Virus record (IMG/VR): IMGVR_UViG_3300036781_000418
Coordinates: 186,001-250,000 of that record
Length of the DNA: 64,000 bases
Strand: one strand, 5' to 3'
The position numbers were made by a program, and so were the translations under genes. Below the pieces are notes generated by a model, which saw nothing but the letters and a program-made list of their open reading frames with translations, ran no database searches and was not told the DNA's origin. Positions 1-10,416 of the stretch are shown here, in pieces; the first letter of the stretch is position 1; each line of letters starts with the position of its first letter.

Positions 1-601
1 GGCCTGCACATCCGGCCGCCGTCGCCGCCATCAAGCGCGTTTCCCGGTAAACACGGACTTCTCCTCCGTCGGCCCGAACCTGTGAAGGTCTCGGGCCGAC
101 TCGTCTCCAGATCTGGCCCGTTACACTCGAGTAAGTTTTACTACCTGCCGGCGGCCCCGAGTAAGACTTACTTAAATGTGTAACAAATAGGCGTTGAAGT
201 AGTAACTTTTACAGCGCTATGTTATAGTGGTTCCATCACTTCATAATATGGCGTGTAATAAGCCCGGACAATAAGAAAGCCGGGTAGAGGAGCTCTGTAG
301 TACCCCTTCCCGTTACAAAAGATCGTCATCACGATCCGGCGTAGCTGTACGCGGAAGCTCAGTTTTGACCGAGTAGGGTAGAAGTTTGCCCTTGCGAAGC
401 GTTTGTCGGTCCAGTTAGTTATTGCTTAAGTTTGAGTGGCAGAATATCGAGGCCATATTATGGTTTCGATAATGACGAATATTATCTAGATCTGAACCCA
501 AATTCAGAATCGAAATAAGTGCAGTTTCTATGTTTGTGCTTCGAAATATACGTTAAGATGCTACTCGCAATCACAAACCTTTTGCTCTAAGGCCCACTGC
601 A

Positions 602-1219
602 ATGTCTGATGTGAACACAGCCCGAGAAAATGGCAAGAAGATCCTTCTGGTCTCTTCGCCAGTTCAAGCAATTCTGATGAACAAAGTGCTGATCGATGAG
701 ATTCGATCCGGCTTTTGGGCGAATCACCGACCATCCGGCCATGGTGATCACTGGACTGAAGTCGAAGCGATCGTGTCGACGGACGGTCAACTCGGTCCGA
801 TCAACTGGTCGGCACCACGCACCTACAACGTACTCAACCTCGACTTCTTCAACCCCAACGCTGACAAGCTCGTCGCGCTGGCCAAGTCCGTGAAGCCGAA
901 CTCCAACGAGCGCTCCGTCAAGAAGGAGCTCATCGAACTTGGTCGCATCATCGGCGGCCGCCTGGCTTCGCGCACCTCCGAGCCGATCAAGCTCGAACGC
1001 GGCAACCACAAGCCTGGCACCTTGACCGCCTCGGTCCGCAAAGCCCGTGAAGCTGGTTGCACCTTGGCCGACGTGATCGCCCTCTCGAAAAGCGGTACGG
1101 CCGCCGCGAGCGTGAAGCCGAAGACGACCACCGTCAAGAAGCGCGTTGAAGACGCGGGTCTCGAACTTACCGGTGCGATCGCTGGTCCGATCACCCACGT
1201 CGCCGCCCTCGCCGAGTAA
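602..1219 (+). CDS. hypothetical phage protein
   Basis: 205 aa ORF with the genome's codon bias, following a ~600 bp non-coding region. Confidence 0.7.
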   Translation: MSDVNTARENGKKILLVSSPVQAILMNKVLIDEIRSGFWANHRPSGHGDHWTEVEAIVSTDGQLGPINWSAPRTYNVLNLDFFNPNADKLVALAKSVKPNSNERSVKKELIELGRIIGGRLASRTSEPIKLERGNHKPGTLTASVRKAREAGCTLADVIALSKSGTAAASVKPKTTTVKKRVEDAGLELTGAIAGPITHVAALAE

Positions 1220-1289
1220 ACCTCTGGCGCCTCACAACGGGCCGTAGACCATGTCGGTTCACGGCCTTTGTTTCATCTAGGAGCACACC

Positions 1290-3350
1290 ATGGACTTTGC
1301 CATTTTCAAGGCGGCGGTCTCGAAGCGATTCGAGTTTCTCGCCAGGCACTCGCTGTTTCGCGTCAACCTCGACGCTGACAACGGTCAAGGCACGATCATC
1401 TCGGGCCGCGACCGCATCTGGGCAACCTACCTGAGCGCCTTTCCGGCCGGCGCGGACCCCATCTTCCGTGAACGCACGGAACACGACTGCAACTGCTGCA
1501 AGTCGTTCATCCGCGCGGTCGGCAACTGCGTCGCCATCGTGGACGGCAAGTTGGAAACCCTCTGGGACCTGAAGGTCAGCGATCCAAACTACCAGATCGT
1601 CGCCGACGCGATGGCCGCCTTCGTGCGCAACGGCAAGGTGACCGACATCTTCCTGCACATGGAGTCCACGGCTGGCCGTGACAAGACGTTTGAGCAAGTC
1701 CTCGGCGGCGAGAACATCACGTGGAACCACCTCGCTGTCACGCTGCCGCGCGACACGGTGGTGGACAAGCATGACATCCCGTCGACGCTGAACGGTCCGC
1801 GCGACGACCACCAAGTCCTGCACCGCTCGCTCACCGAGTTCAGTGTGGAAGCCTTGGACATCGTGCGTGAGCTCATCGCGCAGAACTCCCTTTACCGCGG
1901 TGAAGAGGACAAGTACGCCACGACCGAGTTCCACAAGCTGAAGACGGTGTTCGACACCCTGCTCACGGACCAGGCCAAGGACCTCTTCGTCTGGACGAAG
2001 GTCAAGGGCATCTCGGGCGCGGTCTCCCGCATCCGCAACTCGACGATCGGCACCCTGCTCATCGACCTCTCCGCCGGCGTCGAGCTGGACGTTGCGGTGG
2101 CCAAGTACGAGGACAAGAAGTCGGGCACGAAGTACAAGCGCCCCACCGCCCTCGTCACCAAGGGCATGATCGACAAGGCCAAGGAAACCCTGCAGAAGCT
2201 CGGCCTGGTCTCTGCGCTGGAACGTCGCTTCGCCGGTATCAGTGACATCACGGTCGACAACATCCTGTTCGCGGACCGCAGCGCCAAGGCCCTGATGGCC
2301 GACTCCATCATGGACGAGCTGACGCCGACGTCGAACACGCGTCCCAAGAACCTCGACAAGGTCGAGGAGGTGACGATGAACGGCTTCATCACCAACATCC
2401 TGCCGCACGTCAAGACCATCGAGGTGCTGTTGGAAAACCAGCATCTGACCAACATGGTCTCGCTCATCGCGCCTGGTGATCCGACGTCGGGCTCGCTCTT
2501 CAAGTGGGACAACCGCTTCAGCTGGTCCTACAACTCCGGTGTGGCGGACTCGATCAAGGAACGTGTGAAGAACGCCGGTGGTTCGGTCAACGGTGTCCTG
2601 TGCTGCCGCTTGGCCTGGGAATACTCCGACGACCTCGACTTCCACATGTACGAACCGTCGGGCGGCACGCACATCTCCTTCTCCAACAAGCGCCAGAAGT
2701 CCATCTGTGGCGGCATGCTGGACGTTGACGCCAACGGCGGCGACGGTCAACGCCCTGATCCGTGCGAGAACATCTTCTACGAAGACAAGTCCCGCATGAA
2801 GGAAGGCGACTACCGCCTCACCGTGCACAACTGGAACCGTCGCTCGGCGGGTATCGGCTTTGAGGCTCAAGTCGAGTTCGACGGCAAGACGTTCAACTTC
2901 TCCTACCCGCGTGTCGTCGCGGACAAGGAAGAGGTCAACATCGCGGTCATCAACTACTCGAAGACCGCTGGCTTCACCATCAAGTCGGACCTCGGCCAGA
3001 TCAACCTGTCCAAGGAGTTCTGGAACTTGAAGACCCAGAACTTCCACAAGGTCAACGTGCTGATGATGTCGCCCAACTACTGGGACGGCCAAGTCGGCGT
3101 CGGCAACAAGCACTACTTCTTCATGCTCGAGGACTGCCTCAACGACGGTTCCGCGCGTGGCATCTTCAACGAGTTCCTCAAGGATGAACTCAACCCGCAC
3201 CGCAAGGTCTTCGAGATGGTTGGCTCGAAGATCAACCTTGCCAGCACCGAGGCGCAGCTCAGCGGCCTTGGTTTCTCCTCAACCCTCAAGTCCCATGTCG
3301 TGGTTCGCGTTACCGGCGCGTTCACCCGCCTCATCAAGATCGTCTTCTAA
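1290..3350 (+). CDS. large conserved phage protein with a C-terminal YfaP/DUF2135-like segment
   Basis: AGGAG RBS; HDCNCCKSF Cys motif; LAWEYSDDLDFHMYEP..GGMLDVDAN..ENIFY resembles the YfaP-type signature. Confidence 0.6.
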   Translation: MDFAIFKAAVSKRFEFLARHSLFRVNLDADNGQGTIISGRDRIWATYLSAFPAGADPIFRERTEHDCNCCKSFIRAVGNCVAIVDGKLETLWDLKVSDPNYQIVADAMAAFVRNGKVTDIFLHMESTAGRDKTFEQVLGGENITWNHLAVTLPRDTVVDKHDIPSTLNGPRDDHQVLHRSLTEFSVEALDIVRELIAQNSLYRGEEDKYATTEFHKLKTVFDTLLTDQAKDLFVWTKVKGISGAVSRIRNSTIGTLLIDLSAGVELDVAVAKYEDKKSGTKYKRPTALVTKGMIDKAKETLQKLGLVSALERRFAGISDITVDNILFADRSAKALMADSIMDELTPTSNTRPKNLDKVEEVTMNGFITNILPHVKTIEVLLENQHLTNMVSLIAPGDPTSGSLFKWDNRFSWSYNSGVADSIKERVKNAGGSVNGVLCCRLAWEYSDDLDFHMYEPSGGTHISFSNKRQKSICGGMLDVDANGGDGQRPDPCENIFYEDKSRMKEGDYRLTVHNWNRRSAGIGFEAQVEFDGKTFNFSYPRVVADKEEVNIAVINYSKTAGFTIKSDLGQINLSKEFWNLKTQNFHKVNVLMMSPNYWDGQVGVGNKHYFFMLEDCLNDGSARGIFNEFLKDELNPHRKVFEMVGSKINLASTEAQLSGLGFSSTLKSHVVVRVTGAFTRLIKIVF

Positions 3351-3362
3351 AGGAGCTACTCC

Positions 3363-3770
3363 ATGTCTCTCGAAACTCTGTTGATCACCGCCGCCAAGGA
3401 CCAGTGGCGCTTCGCCTCCCCCAAGGGCGACCTCGCCCTGGAAGACCTGTTCGGCCTGTCGCTGCAGTCCAACACGGGCAAGGCCAACCTGAACGACATC
3501 GCCATCGGCCTGCACACGGAAGCCAGCGCTTCGTCCCAAGCCATCTCGTTCGTCGAGCCCGCCATCAAGAACAGCGACTTGCCGGCTCAGAAGCTCGAGC
3601 TGGTCAAGATGGTGATCGCCATCAAGGTCGGTGAACGCGACGCCGCCCTCGCTGCCAAGTCCAAGGCCGAGCAGCGCCAGAAGATCATGCAGCTGATCGA
3701 GGCCAAGAAGAACGAGGCCATGGCCGGCCAGTCGCTCGACGAGCTGACCGCCATGCTCGCCGCGCTGTAA
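3363..3770 (+). CDS. hypothetical coiled-coil phage protein
   Basis: AAGGAG RBS; 135 aa; helical C-terminus. Confidence 0.75.
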   Translation: MSLETLLITAAKDQWRFASPKGDLALEDLFGLSLQSNTGKANLNDIAIGLHTEASASSQAISFVEPAIKNSDLPAQKLELVKMVIAIKVGERDAALAAKSKAEQRQKIMQLIEAKKNEAMAGQSLDELTAMLAAL

Positions 3771-3771
3771 T

Positions 3772-3796
3772 ACGGCGACACGAGGCGACGCCGGTT
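3772..3796 (+). repeat. dispersed intergenic repeat ACGGCGACACGAGGCGACGCCGGTT (copy 1)
   Basis: Same core at 11026-11052(-), 16591-16615, 48495-48511 (partial), 48562-48584(-) and 59838-59857. Confidence 0.85.
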
Positions 3797-3991
3797 GCAA
3801 CGACCGGCTGGTTGCTTAAGGCACCACACCAAAGGGCGACGGCCACCACCGTCGCCCTTTCTGGCACCTGGAGCTGATCCCAAACATGGTCCCAATCTTT
3901 GGGACGCCCCTCGGCCGGCCGCGTTAAATAATTCAGTTAAGCCAACGCGAATAGACGCCGCGGATAACAACCGACAACGAGGAGGTCTCGA

Positions 3992-5134
3992 ATGTCAATC
4001 AAAGGAAAAGCACTTGTCCTTATCGGACGGTGTGAACCACCCCACCTAGGGCACATGCACCTAGTTGCTGAAGCGGCCAAGAAGGCCGAGTTCGTTATCC
4101 TACTGCTGGGAAGCAGTGGTCGACCACGCAACAACAAGAACCCCTTTACCTTTGAAGAGCGCGCGGAGATTTTCTCCACATGGGCCGCCCTCCAAGGTGG
4201 TGGACTGAAGGATCGGTTGTACGTCCTGCCGTTGCGCGACTTCATGTACAACAACAACCACTGGATCCACCAAGTTCAGCAGAAGGTCAAGCACGCGCGC
4301 GACTTGGCTGAGCTGGAGCATGGCTGCACGATCAACGAGGTTCGGCTCACGGGCTCGGACCGCGACTCAACCACGTGGTACCTTCACGCGTTTCCGCAGT
4401 GGCACACCAACTTCCTGCCGCCGTTCACGATGCCTGGAAACTCGGACGTCAACGCCACGGCGATCCGGGCCGCGCTCTTCAACGACCAGTCCGTTGGGCT
4501 GGAGACGCTGCATGAAATCACGGTCGACTTCCTCGTGAACTTCCGTTCAACGGACGAGTTCAAGACGTTGAAGGCCGAGTACGACTTCATGCGTGAGTAC
4601 ATGCGGCCGTACGCCACCCTGCACCACCCACCGACCTTCCAGACCGTCGACGCCGTGATCGTTCAATCAGGTCACACGTTGATGGTGAAGCGCGCCAACC
4701 TACCTGGCTTCGGGCTGTGGGCCCTGCCTGGTGGCCACCTCAACGTCGACGAGTGGATTCGTGACGCGATCGTCCGTGAGTCGATTGAGGAGACTGGCAT
4801 CTGCTTCGGCACTGGCTCACGCGCCCGTGAGTACACCGAGGAGTTCATGAAGTCTCGGATTCGCGAGCTCAAGACGTTCGACCACCCTGAGCGGTCGCTG
4901 CGCAAGCGGTCCATCACGACGGCCGGGTACATTCGGCTGGACGACACGAAGGCCCTGCCACACGTCACTGGACAGAACATGCCGCTCTACGAAACGGGTG
5001 GTGTGATCATTCCTGAAACGTCGAAGGCCGCGTGGATTCCAAACGTGCTGCTTCCCTCCATGATGAATGAGATCTTCGAGGACCACCTCGACATCATCGA
5101 GGACCTGCAAGGTGCGATCTACGGAGTCGTGTGA
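3992..5134 (+). CDS. nadM: bifunctional NMN adenylyltransferase / ADP-ribose pyrophosphatase (NadM-Nudix)
   Basis: GRCEPPHLGH (HxGH), KNPFTFEER, NATAIR, TVDAVIVQSGH and Nudix box GGHLNVDEWIRDAIVRESIEETG. Confidence 0.9.
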   Translation: MSIKGKALVLIGRCEPPHLGHMHLVAEAAKKAEFVILLLGSSGRPRNNKNPFTFEERAEIFSTWAALQGGGLKDRLYVLPLRDFMYNNNHWIHQVQQKVKHARDLAELEHGCTINEVRLTGSDRDSTTWYLHAFPQWHTNFLPPFTMPGNSDVNATAIRAALFNDQSVGLETLHEITVDFLVNFRSTDEFKTLKAEYDFMREYMRPYATLHHPPTFQTVDAVIVQSGHTLMVKRANLPGFGLWALPGGHLNVDEWIRDAIVRESIEETGICFGTGSRAREYTEEFMKSRIRELKTFDHPERSLRKRSITTAGYIRLDDTKALPHVTGQNMPLYETGGVIIPETSKAAWIPNVLLPSMMNEIFEDHLDIIEDLQGAIYGVV

Positions 5135-5502
5135 TGCTCTACTACCTCGCCGCCCCCTACACCCGCGTGGACGATCGTGAAGCGCTGATGCGCGACGTGA
5201 TGCGGTTCAGCGGTGAGCTGATGGTCAAAAACCCGGGACACCATGTCGTCTCACCGTTGTTCAACCACTACTCACTCAACCACGTTCCCGCCCTTGGCGT
5301 GGACTACAACTTTTGGAAGAGCTACTCGCAAGATCTTCTGAAGCGCTGCGACGCCTTGATCGTGCTGACCTACGACGGTTGGCTTGATTCGACTGGCGTC
5401 ACGGATGAAATCAACTTCGCGAGAAGCCTTGGACTGGTGGTACGGTTTGCCGCCCCATCTGAACTTGACCACTGGAAACTTACCCTCTCAACAGGAGAAT
5501 GA
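5131..5502 (+). CDS. DUF1937 / nucleoside 2-deoxyribosyltransferase-like protein
   Basis: YYLAAPYT...CDALIVL..GWLDSTGVTDEINFA pattern. Confidence 0.65.
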   Translation: MMLYYLAAPYTRVDDREALMRDVMRFSGELMVKNPGHHVVSPLFNHYSLNHVPALGVDYNFWKSYSQDLLKRCDALIVLTYDGWLDSTGVTDEINFARSLGLVVRFAAPSELDHWKLTLSTGE

Positions 5503-6179
5503 TGATGACTGCACCTGCAATGAACTTCCCTGGCGCCGACAAACTGATGTCGCGCTTCTTCCGCCCGGCTGAGGGCATCGTCTGGGACTTGATGTCCGGC
5601 AAAGTCGGTGTCCAAACCTCTGAGGGCATCGTGACTCTGTCGGGTGAGGGCGACGACGCTCAAATCTCGATCAACTTGCTCGACGATTTCGGCATGCCGC
5701 TGCCCGCCTTCGCTCAGTCCACCCCCGTCGACGCCATCAAGGTCGGTGACATCATCTACCGCGGCAAGCGCGAGACGGTCTCTTTCGTCATCAAGGCTGA
5801 AGACGGCAAGTTCCGCGTGATGAACGTGGACGGCACCTCCTCCGCCTGGTCGCCGCCGAAGGTCAACGTCCTTGGCTTCGACTCCGGCGTGATGGTCCTC
5901 CGCTCGCTGATGACCATGCTGCCGAACGGCGACAAGGGCCTGGGCCAGATGCAGTCGATGCTGCTGCCCATGATGATGATGGGCGGTGACAACGCCGACC
6001 TCGAGAAGCTGATGCCCCTGATGCTGATGTCCCAGACCGGCAACTTGGGCGGTGGCGCTGACGCCGGCGGCATGGGCAACATGATGCAGATGATGATGCT
6101 CATGAAGATGATGGGCGGTGACAAGGGCGGTACCCCGCTGCTCGGTGGTAAGGGTGGCAACCCTTTCAACCGCGGCTAA
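5499..6179 (+). CDS. hypothetical protein with Met/Gly-rich low-complexity C-terminus
   Basis: AGGAG RBS; repeated LPMMMM/MMQMMML blocks. Confidence 0.75.
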   Translation: MMMTAPAMNFPGADKLMSRFFRPAEGIVWDLMSGKVGVQTSEGIVTLSGEGDDAQISINLLDDFGMPLPAFAQSTPVDAIKVGDIIYRGKRETVSFVIKAEDGKFRVMNVDGTSSAWSPPKVNVLGFDSGVMVLRSLMTMLPNGDKGLGQMQSMLLPMMMMGGDNADLEKLMPLMLMSQTGNLGGGADAGGMGNMMQMMMLMKMMGGDKGGTPLLGGKGGNPFNRG

Positions 6180-6190
6180 CCGCTAAGACG

Positions 6191-6622
6191 GTGTTGGAGG
6201 AGCTGGAGGACGCGTACACCTCCAGCTTGATTCCACTCACCGATGCGGAAAGCCGAATGTTTTCCAGAGTCCTCATCGTCGGTACGAAGTACTACGACGG
6301 ACTCGCAGAGTACGACATGTTTGCGGAAGAGGACAAGTTCCTGTTCCTCCTGCCTGATGTGAAGAACCGCTACGACATCAACGCTGTCATGCTTCACAAC
6401 GGTAAAACCAGGATTGGTCACGTATCTCGAGGGGCTGGACTTTCGAGCATGTGTGAGCAGTTCAAGAGTTGGGGTGTACACCCCAAGGAGCGGACGGCCA
6501 ATACGGTGTTGGTCTGTAAGCTGGTAGCGCGCCTCGGCGAGGATCTGATCATCGCCGCCACGCATCGTGTTAATGAACGGAAAGCGCGTAAGTACGCGCA
6601 GTTGAAACTCAAAGGAGCCTAA
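6191..6622 (+). CDS. HIRAN-domain-like protein
   Basis: IVGTKYY...PDVKNRYDINAVMLH...RIGHV matches the HIRAN pattern; start codon uncertain. Confidence 0.6.
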   Translation: MLEELEDAYTSSLIPLTDAESRMFSRVLIVGTKYYDGLAEYDMFAEEDKFLFLLPDVKNRYDINAVMLHNGKTRIGHVSRGAGLSSMCEQFKSWGVHPKERTANTVLVCKLVARLGEDLIIAATHRVNERKARKYAQLKLKGA

Positions 6623-6624
6623 TC

Positions 6625-7515
6625 ATGGGTGCAGGAAGTTGGTCACGTGATGACTATGAAACGTATGCGACGACGACGAACTACGTCAAGGCCCCGCGGG
6701 CCGAGGTGTTCCGCAACAACCGCATCGTCGATTCGCTGAATCCGGCGAAGGCGCTGCTGCGCGAAAGCTGCGACAGCGCGGACAACCCCAACGCGACGCC
6801 GGTGATCATCGCCCTCGACGTGACGGGATCGATGGGCGAATACGCCGAGCGCATCGCCAAGCAGGCGCTGCCGAAGATCATGACGAGCATCATCGAGGGC
6901 AAGCCCATCAGCGACCCCCACGTCATGTTCATGGCCTTCTCGGACATCAACACGTCGGCCTACATGGACTCCTTCCAGGTGTCGCAGTTCGAAGCCGACA
7001 TCCGCGTGCTCGAGCAGCTGCGTGAAATCTACCTGGCTGGTGGCGGTGGTGGCAACGCCTCCGAGTCGTACGACCTGCCGTGGTACTTCGCCGGCACCCG
7101 CACGAAGACCGACGCGTTCGAAAAGCGCGGCAAGAAGGGCTTCCTCTTCACGATGGGCGATGAACGTGCACCGTACCAGGCTGTCAGCGCCTCCGACTTG
7201 AACCAAGTCTTCGGCGGCCAGCATGAAACCTTCATGCCAATTGAAGCCCTGGCACGGGCCAAGGAGAAGTACAACGTCTTCCACATCGTCATCGAGCAGG
7301 GCAGCGGCTGGCGCAACGACGAGACCGCCATCAAGCAGACATGGAACGCGATGCTTGGCTCCAACGTCCTGTACCTCCGCGACTTCACCCTCCTGCCCGA
7401 GGTGATCACCGCCACGATGCGCATGACCGACGGCTCGGTCACGATCAACGACGTGCTGGCTGAGTCCACCGACCGCCAGGAACTGGCCCACTGCTTCCAG
7501 AACATCCTGGGTTAA
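6625..7515 (+). CDS. vWA (MIDAS) domain protein
   Basis: IIALDVTGSMG (DxTxS), GGGGNASESY, FLFTMGDE. Confidence 0.85.
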   Translation: MGAGSWSRDDYETYATTTNYVKAPRAEVFRNNRIVDSLNPAKALLRESCDSADNPNATPVIIALDVTGSMGEYAERIAKQALPKIMTSIIEGKPISDPHVMFMAFSDINTSAYMDSFQVSQFEADIRVLEQLREIYLAGGGGGNASESYDLPWYFAGTRTKTDAFEKRGKKGFLFTMGDERAPYQAVSASDLNQVFGGQHETFMPIEALARAKEKYNVFHIVIEQGSGWRNDETAIKQTWNAMLGSNVLYLRDFTLLPEVITATMRMTDGSVTINDVLAESTDRQELAHCFQNILG

Positions 7516-7535
7516 GCAACCAACAGCGAGCAACC

Positions 7536-8750
7536 ATGAAAACAGCTTACGTAGTGATCGGCGCCGGCTTCGGCGATGAAGGCAAGGGTTTGATCACCGA
7601 CTACCTCACACGGCGTAGTGGTGGACGAGCGGTTGCTCGCTTCAACGGTGGCGCACAAGCTGGACACACCGTCCAGCTGCCCAACGGGGTGCGCCACGTC
7701 TTTGGACACTACGCGTCTGGCACCTTGGCCAACGCTAACACGATCCTGTCGAACAAGTTCATCGTCAACCCGTTCCTCCTGAAGAAGGAGCACGACGCGC
7801 TGGCGAAGATCACGAAGGGCCGCACCCAAGTCGCCGCGATGGCTGGAGCTCGGGTGACGACCTTCTACGACATGGTCCTCAACCAGCTTAAGGAACGCGC
7901 CCGCGGTAACGACCGCCACGGTTCCTGTGGCTGTGGCATCAACGAGACGGTCACCCGCCACGAAGAGCTTCCGCTTCGCGTCGGTGACCAGGTGTCGGAG
8001 TTCTACGCCGTCCACAAGGCGATGGCCGTCAAGCTCCACAACTACGTTGAGGCGAACAACCTCGACTGGCAAGCACTTGTCCGTGAAAACGGCTCGTTGG
8101 AGCTGGATCCGATCACGCACGCCTGGTCTGCCTACTCGACCATCCAAGACCTGATCGTCAAGGTCTCCGATCGACCAGCCCACCACCTGGTGCCGTCGGT
8201 CTTTGAAGGTGCGCAGGGCCTGATGCTCGACGAACACCTTGGCGCCTTTCCACACGTGACCCGCTCGATGACGGGCCTGCCGCAGGCGGTCGCCGCCGCG
8301 ATGGACATGGGTGTGGATCACCTGATTCCGGTGTACGTCACCCGAGCCTACTCCACGCGCCACGGTGCCGGGTTGTTCAAGTACGAGGACCAGCCGATCT
8401 CCGACGGCTTCGTCTTCGTCGACCCCACCAACGTGGACAACGAGTGGCAAGGCTCGATCCGCAAGGCCCCACTCCGACTTGGTCAACTCCAGCACTTCAT
8501 CGGTTCCGACCTGGTGCGTGGTGAACGGATCGCCGAAGCGTGTGGCGTCACCCTTGGCAAAGCCCAGCTTGCCGTCACGTGCCTTGACCAGCTCGGTCCA
8601 AACGTGAACGTGATCGACATGTTTGGCGAAGTGCTGGACATCAAGACCGAAACCCTCCACAACGTCATCGCGACGGTCTGTGCGTTGGAACCCTTCTTGC
8701 TCAGCTACGGTCCCACCAACCAGGATGTTCGAGTGGCGCCTCGCGTTTAG
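7536..8750 (+). CDS. purA: adenylosuccinate synthetase-like protein (divergent PurA clade)
   Basis: GAGFGDEGKG, RFNGGAQAGHT, FEGAQG, PHVTRS, TRHGAG. Confidence 0.8.
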   Translation: MKTAYVVIGAGFGDEGKGLITDYLTRRSGGRAVARFNGGAQAGHTVQLPNGVRHVFGHYASGTLANANTILSNKFIVNPFLLKKEHDALAKITKGRTQVAAMAGARVTTFYDMVLNQLKERARGNDRHGSCGCGINETVTRHEELPLRVGDQVSEFYAVHKAMAVKLHNYVEANNLDWQALVRENGSLELDPITHAWSAYSTIQDLIVKVSDRPAHHLVPSVFEGAQGLMLDEHLGAFPHVTRSMTGLPQAVAAAMDMGVDHLIPVYVTRAYSTRHGAGLFKYEDQPISDGFVFVDPTNVDNEWQGSIRKAPLRLGQLQHFIGSDLVRGERIAEACGVTLGKAQLAVTCLDQLGPNVNVIDMFGEVLDIKTETLHNVIATVCALEPFLLSYGPTNQDVRVAPRV

Positions 8751-8844
8751 AATGAAGTATGAGGTAAGTTTGTCGTCCACCTCGTTAAGGACGACTTGAC
8801 CGACGCGACCGACGCTTAGGTCCTATGGATAGAGAGGTTCTACC

Positions 8845-10377
8845 ATGCAGACAATTATTCCCAAGAACGACGTCCTCGACGCCTCCAGAATGCGTCGTCG
8901 CGCCACCCCCGCCAAGCCACCGTTGCGCTTCAACATGGTGCTAGCCGCGGACTCCTACAAGTTCTCCCACCCGTTCTCGTACCCCAAGAACATCAGCGGC
9001 TTGTTCTCGTACATCGAGGCCCGGACACATGGTGCACACATCATGATTCCGGCCGGCTTCGAGGCCACGTTGCAGCGCTACCTGTCGGTGCCCATCACGA
9101 TGGAGGACATCGACGAGGCCGAGGCCTTCATGAAGCGCCACGGCGAACCGTTCGCCCGGAACGTCTGGGAGCACGTCCTCACCAAGTACCACGGCTACCT
9201 GCCCGTGATCATCCGTGCCGTGCCTGAGGGAACTCCCGTCAAGAGCAGCAACATCATGGTGTCGATCATGTGCGTCGACGAGCTGGTCGCCGAGAACATC
9301 TTCTGGCTGGCCTCCTTCCTTGAGACCTTCCTGCTCCGTGCCGTCTGGTACCCTACCACGCTGGCCACCAACGATTACGAGTCGAAGCTCGAGATCAAGC
9401 GCTTCTACAAGATTGCCGGTGAGGACCTTGCCGGCATCGACTTCGCCGTCCACTGCTTTGGCGCTCGAGGTACGACCTGTCACGAGCAAGCCGAGATCGC
9501 CGGTGTCCACGCCTTCATGTACAAGGGCTCGGACACGGTTGAGGGCATTCGCTACGTCAACCACTACTACGACTGCGAGATGGCCGCGTTCTCCGTGCCC
9601 GCCACCGAACACTCGGTCGCCACGTCGTTCGGGCTGACGAGTGAAGACGAAGTCCGCTACATCGACCATCAGCTGACGGCGTTCGCGAAGCAAGGTGCGA
9701 TCATCTCGCTGGTGGCCGACTCCAAGGACACGTCGCGCTTCGTGGATCACATCTGCACGACGTTCCATGACCGCATCGTCGACCTCCATGAACGGCTTGG
9801 TGTGAAGGTTGTCGTCCGTCCAGACAGCGGCGATCCGCTTGAGATCGTGCCGATGATCTTGGACAAGCTGGCCAAGGCCTTCCCGACCACTCGCACCGTG
9901 CACGGCTACATCAAACTGTACGGCGGCGTTGGTATCCTACAAGGTGACGGCGTCGACACCATGCTGATCAAGACGTTGCTCGGCAACATCATGGCCCGCA
10001 ACTACTCGCCTGCAAACATCATCTTCGGTTCGGGCGGTGCGCTCCTGCAGAAGGTTAACCGTGACACGCACAAGTGGGCGCAGAAGGGCAGCGCCATCTT
10101 GGTGAGGACTCCTGTCGCGGTCGGCGCGCACGGTGGCACCTTCACGTACGCGTGGCAAGGCATCGCCAAGGACCCCATCACCGACCCTGGCAAGAAGTCG
10201 AAGGAAGGTCTCCTGACCCTGATGCGGAACTCCTTCACCGGCCAGTACGCCACCATCCGCATCGACAAGGATCCGGTGAAAGACGAGTGGGTGGACGTGA
10301 TGGAGGACATCTACGACTGTGGACAGTTCTTCAACCTGTCCAACATGGACCAAATCCGCACACGCTGCGCCATCTGA
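8845..10377 (+). CDS. nadV: nicotinamide phosphoribosyltransferase (NAMPT)
   Basis: ADSYKFSH, SYIEAR, VWYPTT, FGARG, VPATEHS, VVRPDSGDP, LQGDG, FGSGGALLQKVNRDT, KDPITDPGKKSK. Confidence 0.93.
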   Translation: MQTIIPKNDVLDASRMRRRATPAKPPLRFNMVLAADSYKFSHPFSYPKNISGLFSYIEARTHGAHIMIPAGFEATLQRYLSVPITMEDIDEAEAFMKRHGEPFARNVWEHVLTKYHGYLPVIIRAVPEGTPVKSSNIMVSIMCVDELVAENIFWLASFLETFLLRAVWYPTTLATNDYESKLEIKRFYKIAGEDLAGIDFAVHCFGARGTTCHEQAEIAGVHAFMYKGSDTVEGIRYVNHYYDCEMAAFSVPATEHSVATSFGLTSEDEVRYIDHQLTAFAKQGAIISLVADSKDTSRFVDHICTTFHDRIVDLHERLGVKVVVRPDSGDPLEIVPMILDKLAKAFPTTRTVHGYIKLYGGVGILQGDGVDTMLIKTLLGNIMARNYSPANIIFGSGGALLQKVNRDTHKWAQKGSAILVRTPVAVGAHGGTFTYAWQGIAKDPITDPGKKSKEGLLTLMRNSFTGQYATIRIDKDPVKDEWVDVMEDIYDCGQFFNLSNMDQIRTRCAI

Positions 10378-10379
10378 TC

Positions 10380-10406
10380 AAGGGAGCTTCGGCTCCCTTC
10401 CTTCTT
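10380..10406 (+). terminator. putative intrinsic terminator
   Basis: AAGGGAGC-TTCG-GCTCCCTT hairpin right after nadV, followed by a pyrimidine run. Confidence 0.65.
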
Positions 10407-10416
10407 GGAGCTCACC

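Noticed and set aside
1191-3200. Long antisense ORFs (also 6643-7533, 7512-8780, 8941-9903, 18533-19561, 20740-22116 and others)
   Set aside because: They mirror real genes in the antisense frame, a by-product of strong codon bias, and have no RBS or recognisable motifs.
7536-8750. PurZ / diaminopurine (Z-genome) pathway together with the HD and MazG genes
   Set aside because: The catalytic Asp of PurA is retained (GDEGKG) where PurZ has Ser, and the HD and MazG-like genes are 30-50 kb away.
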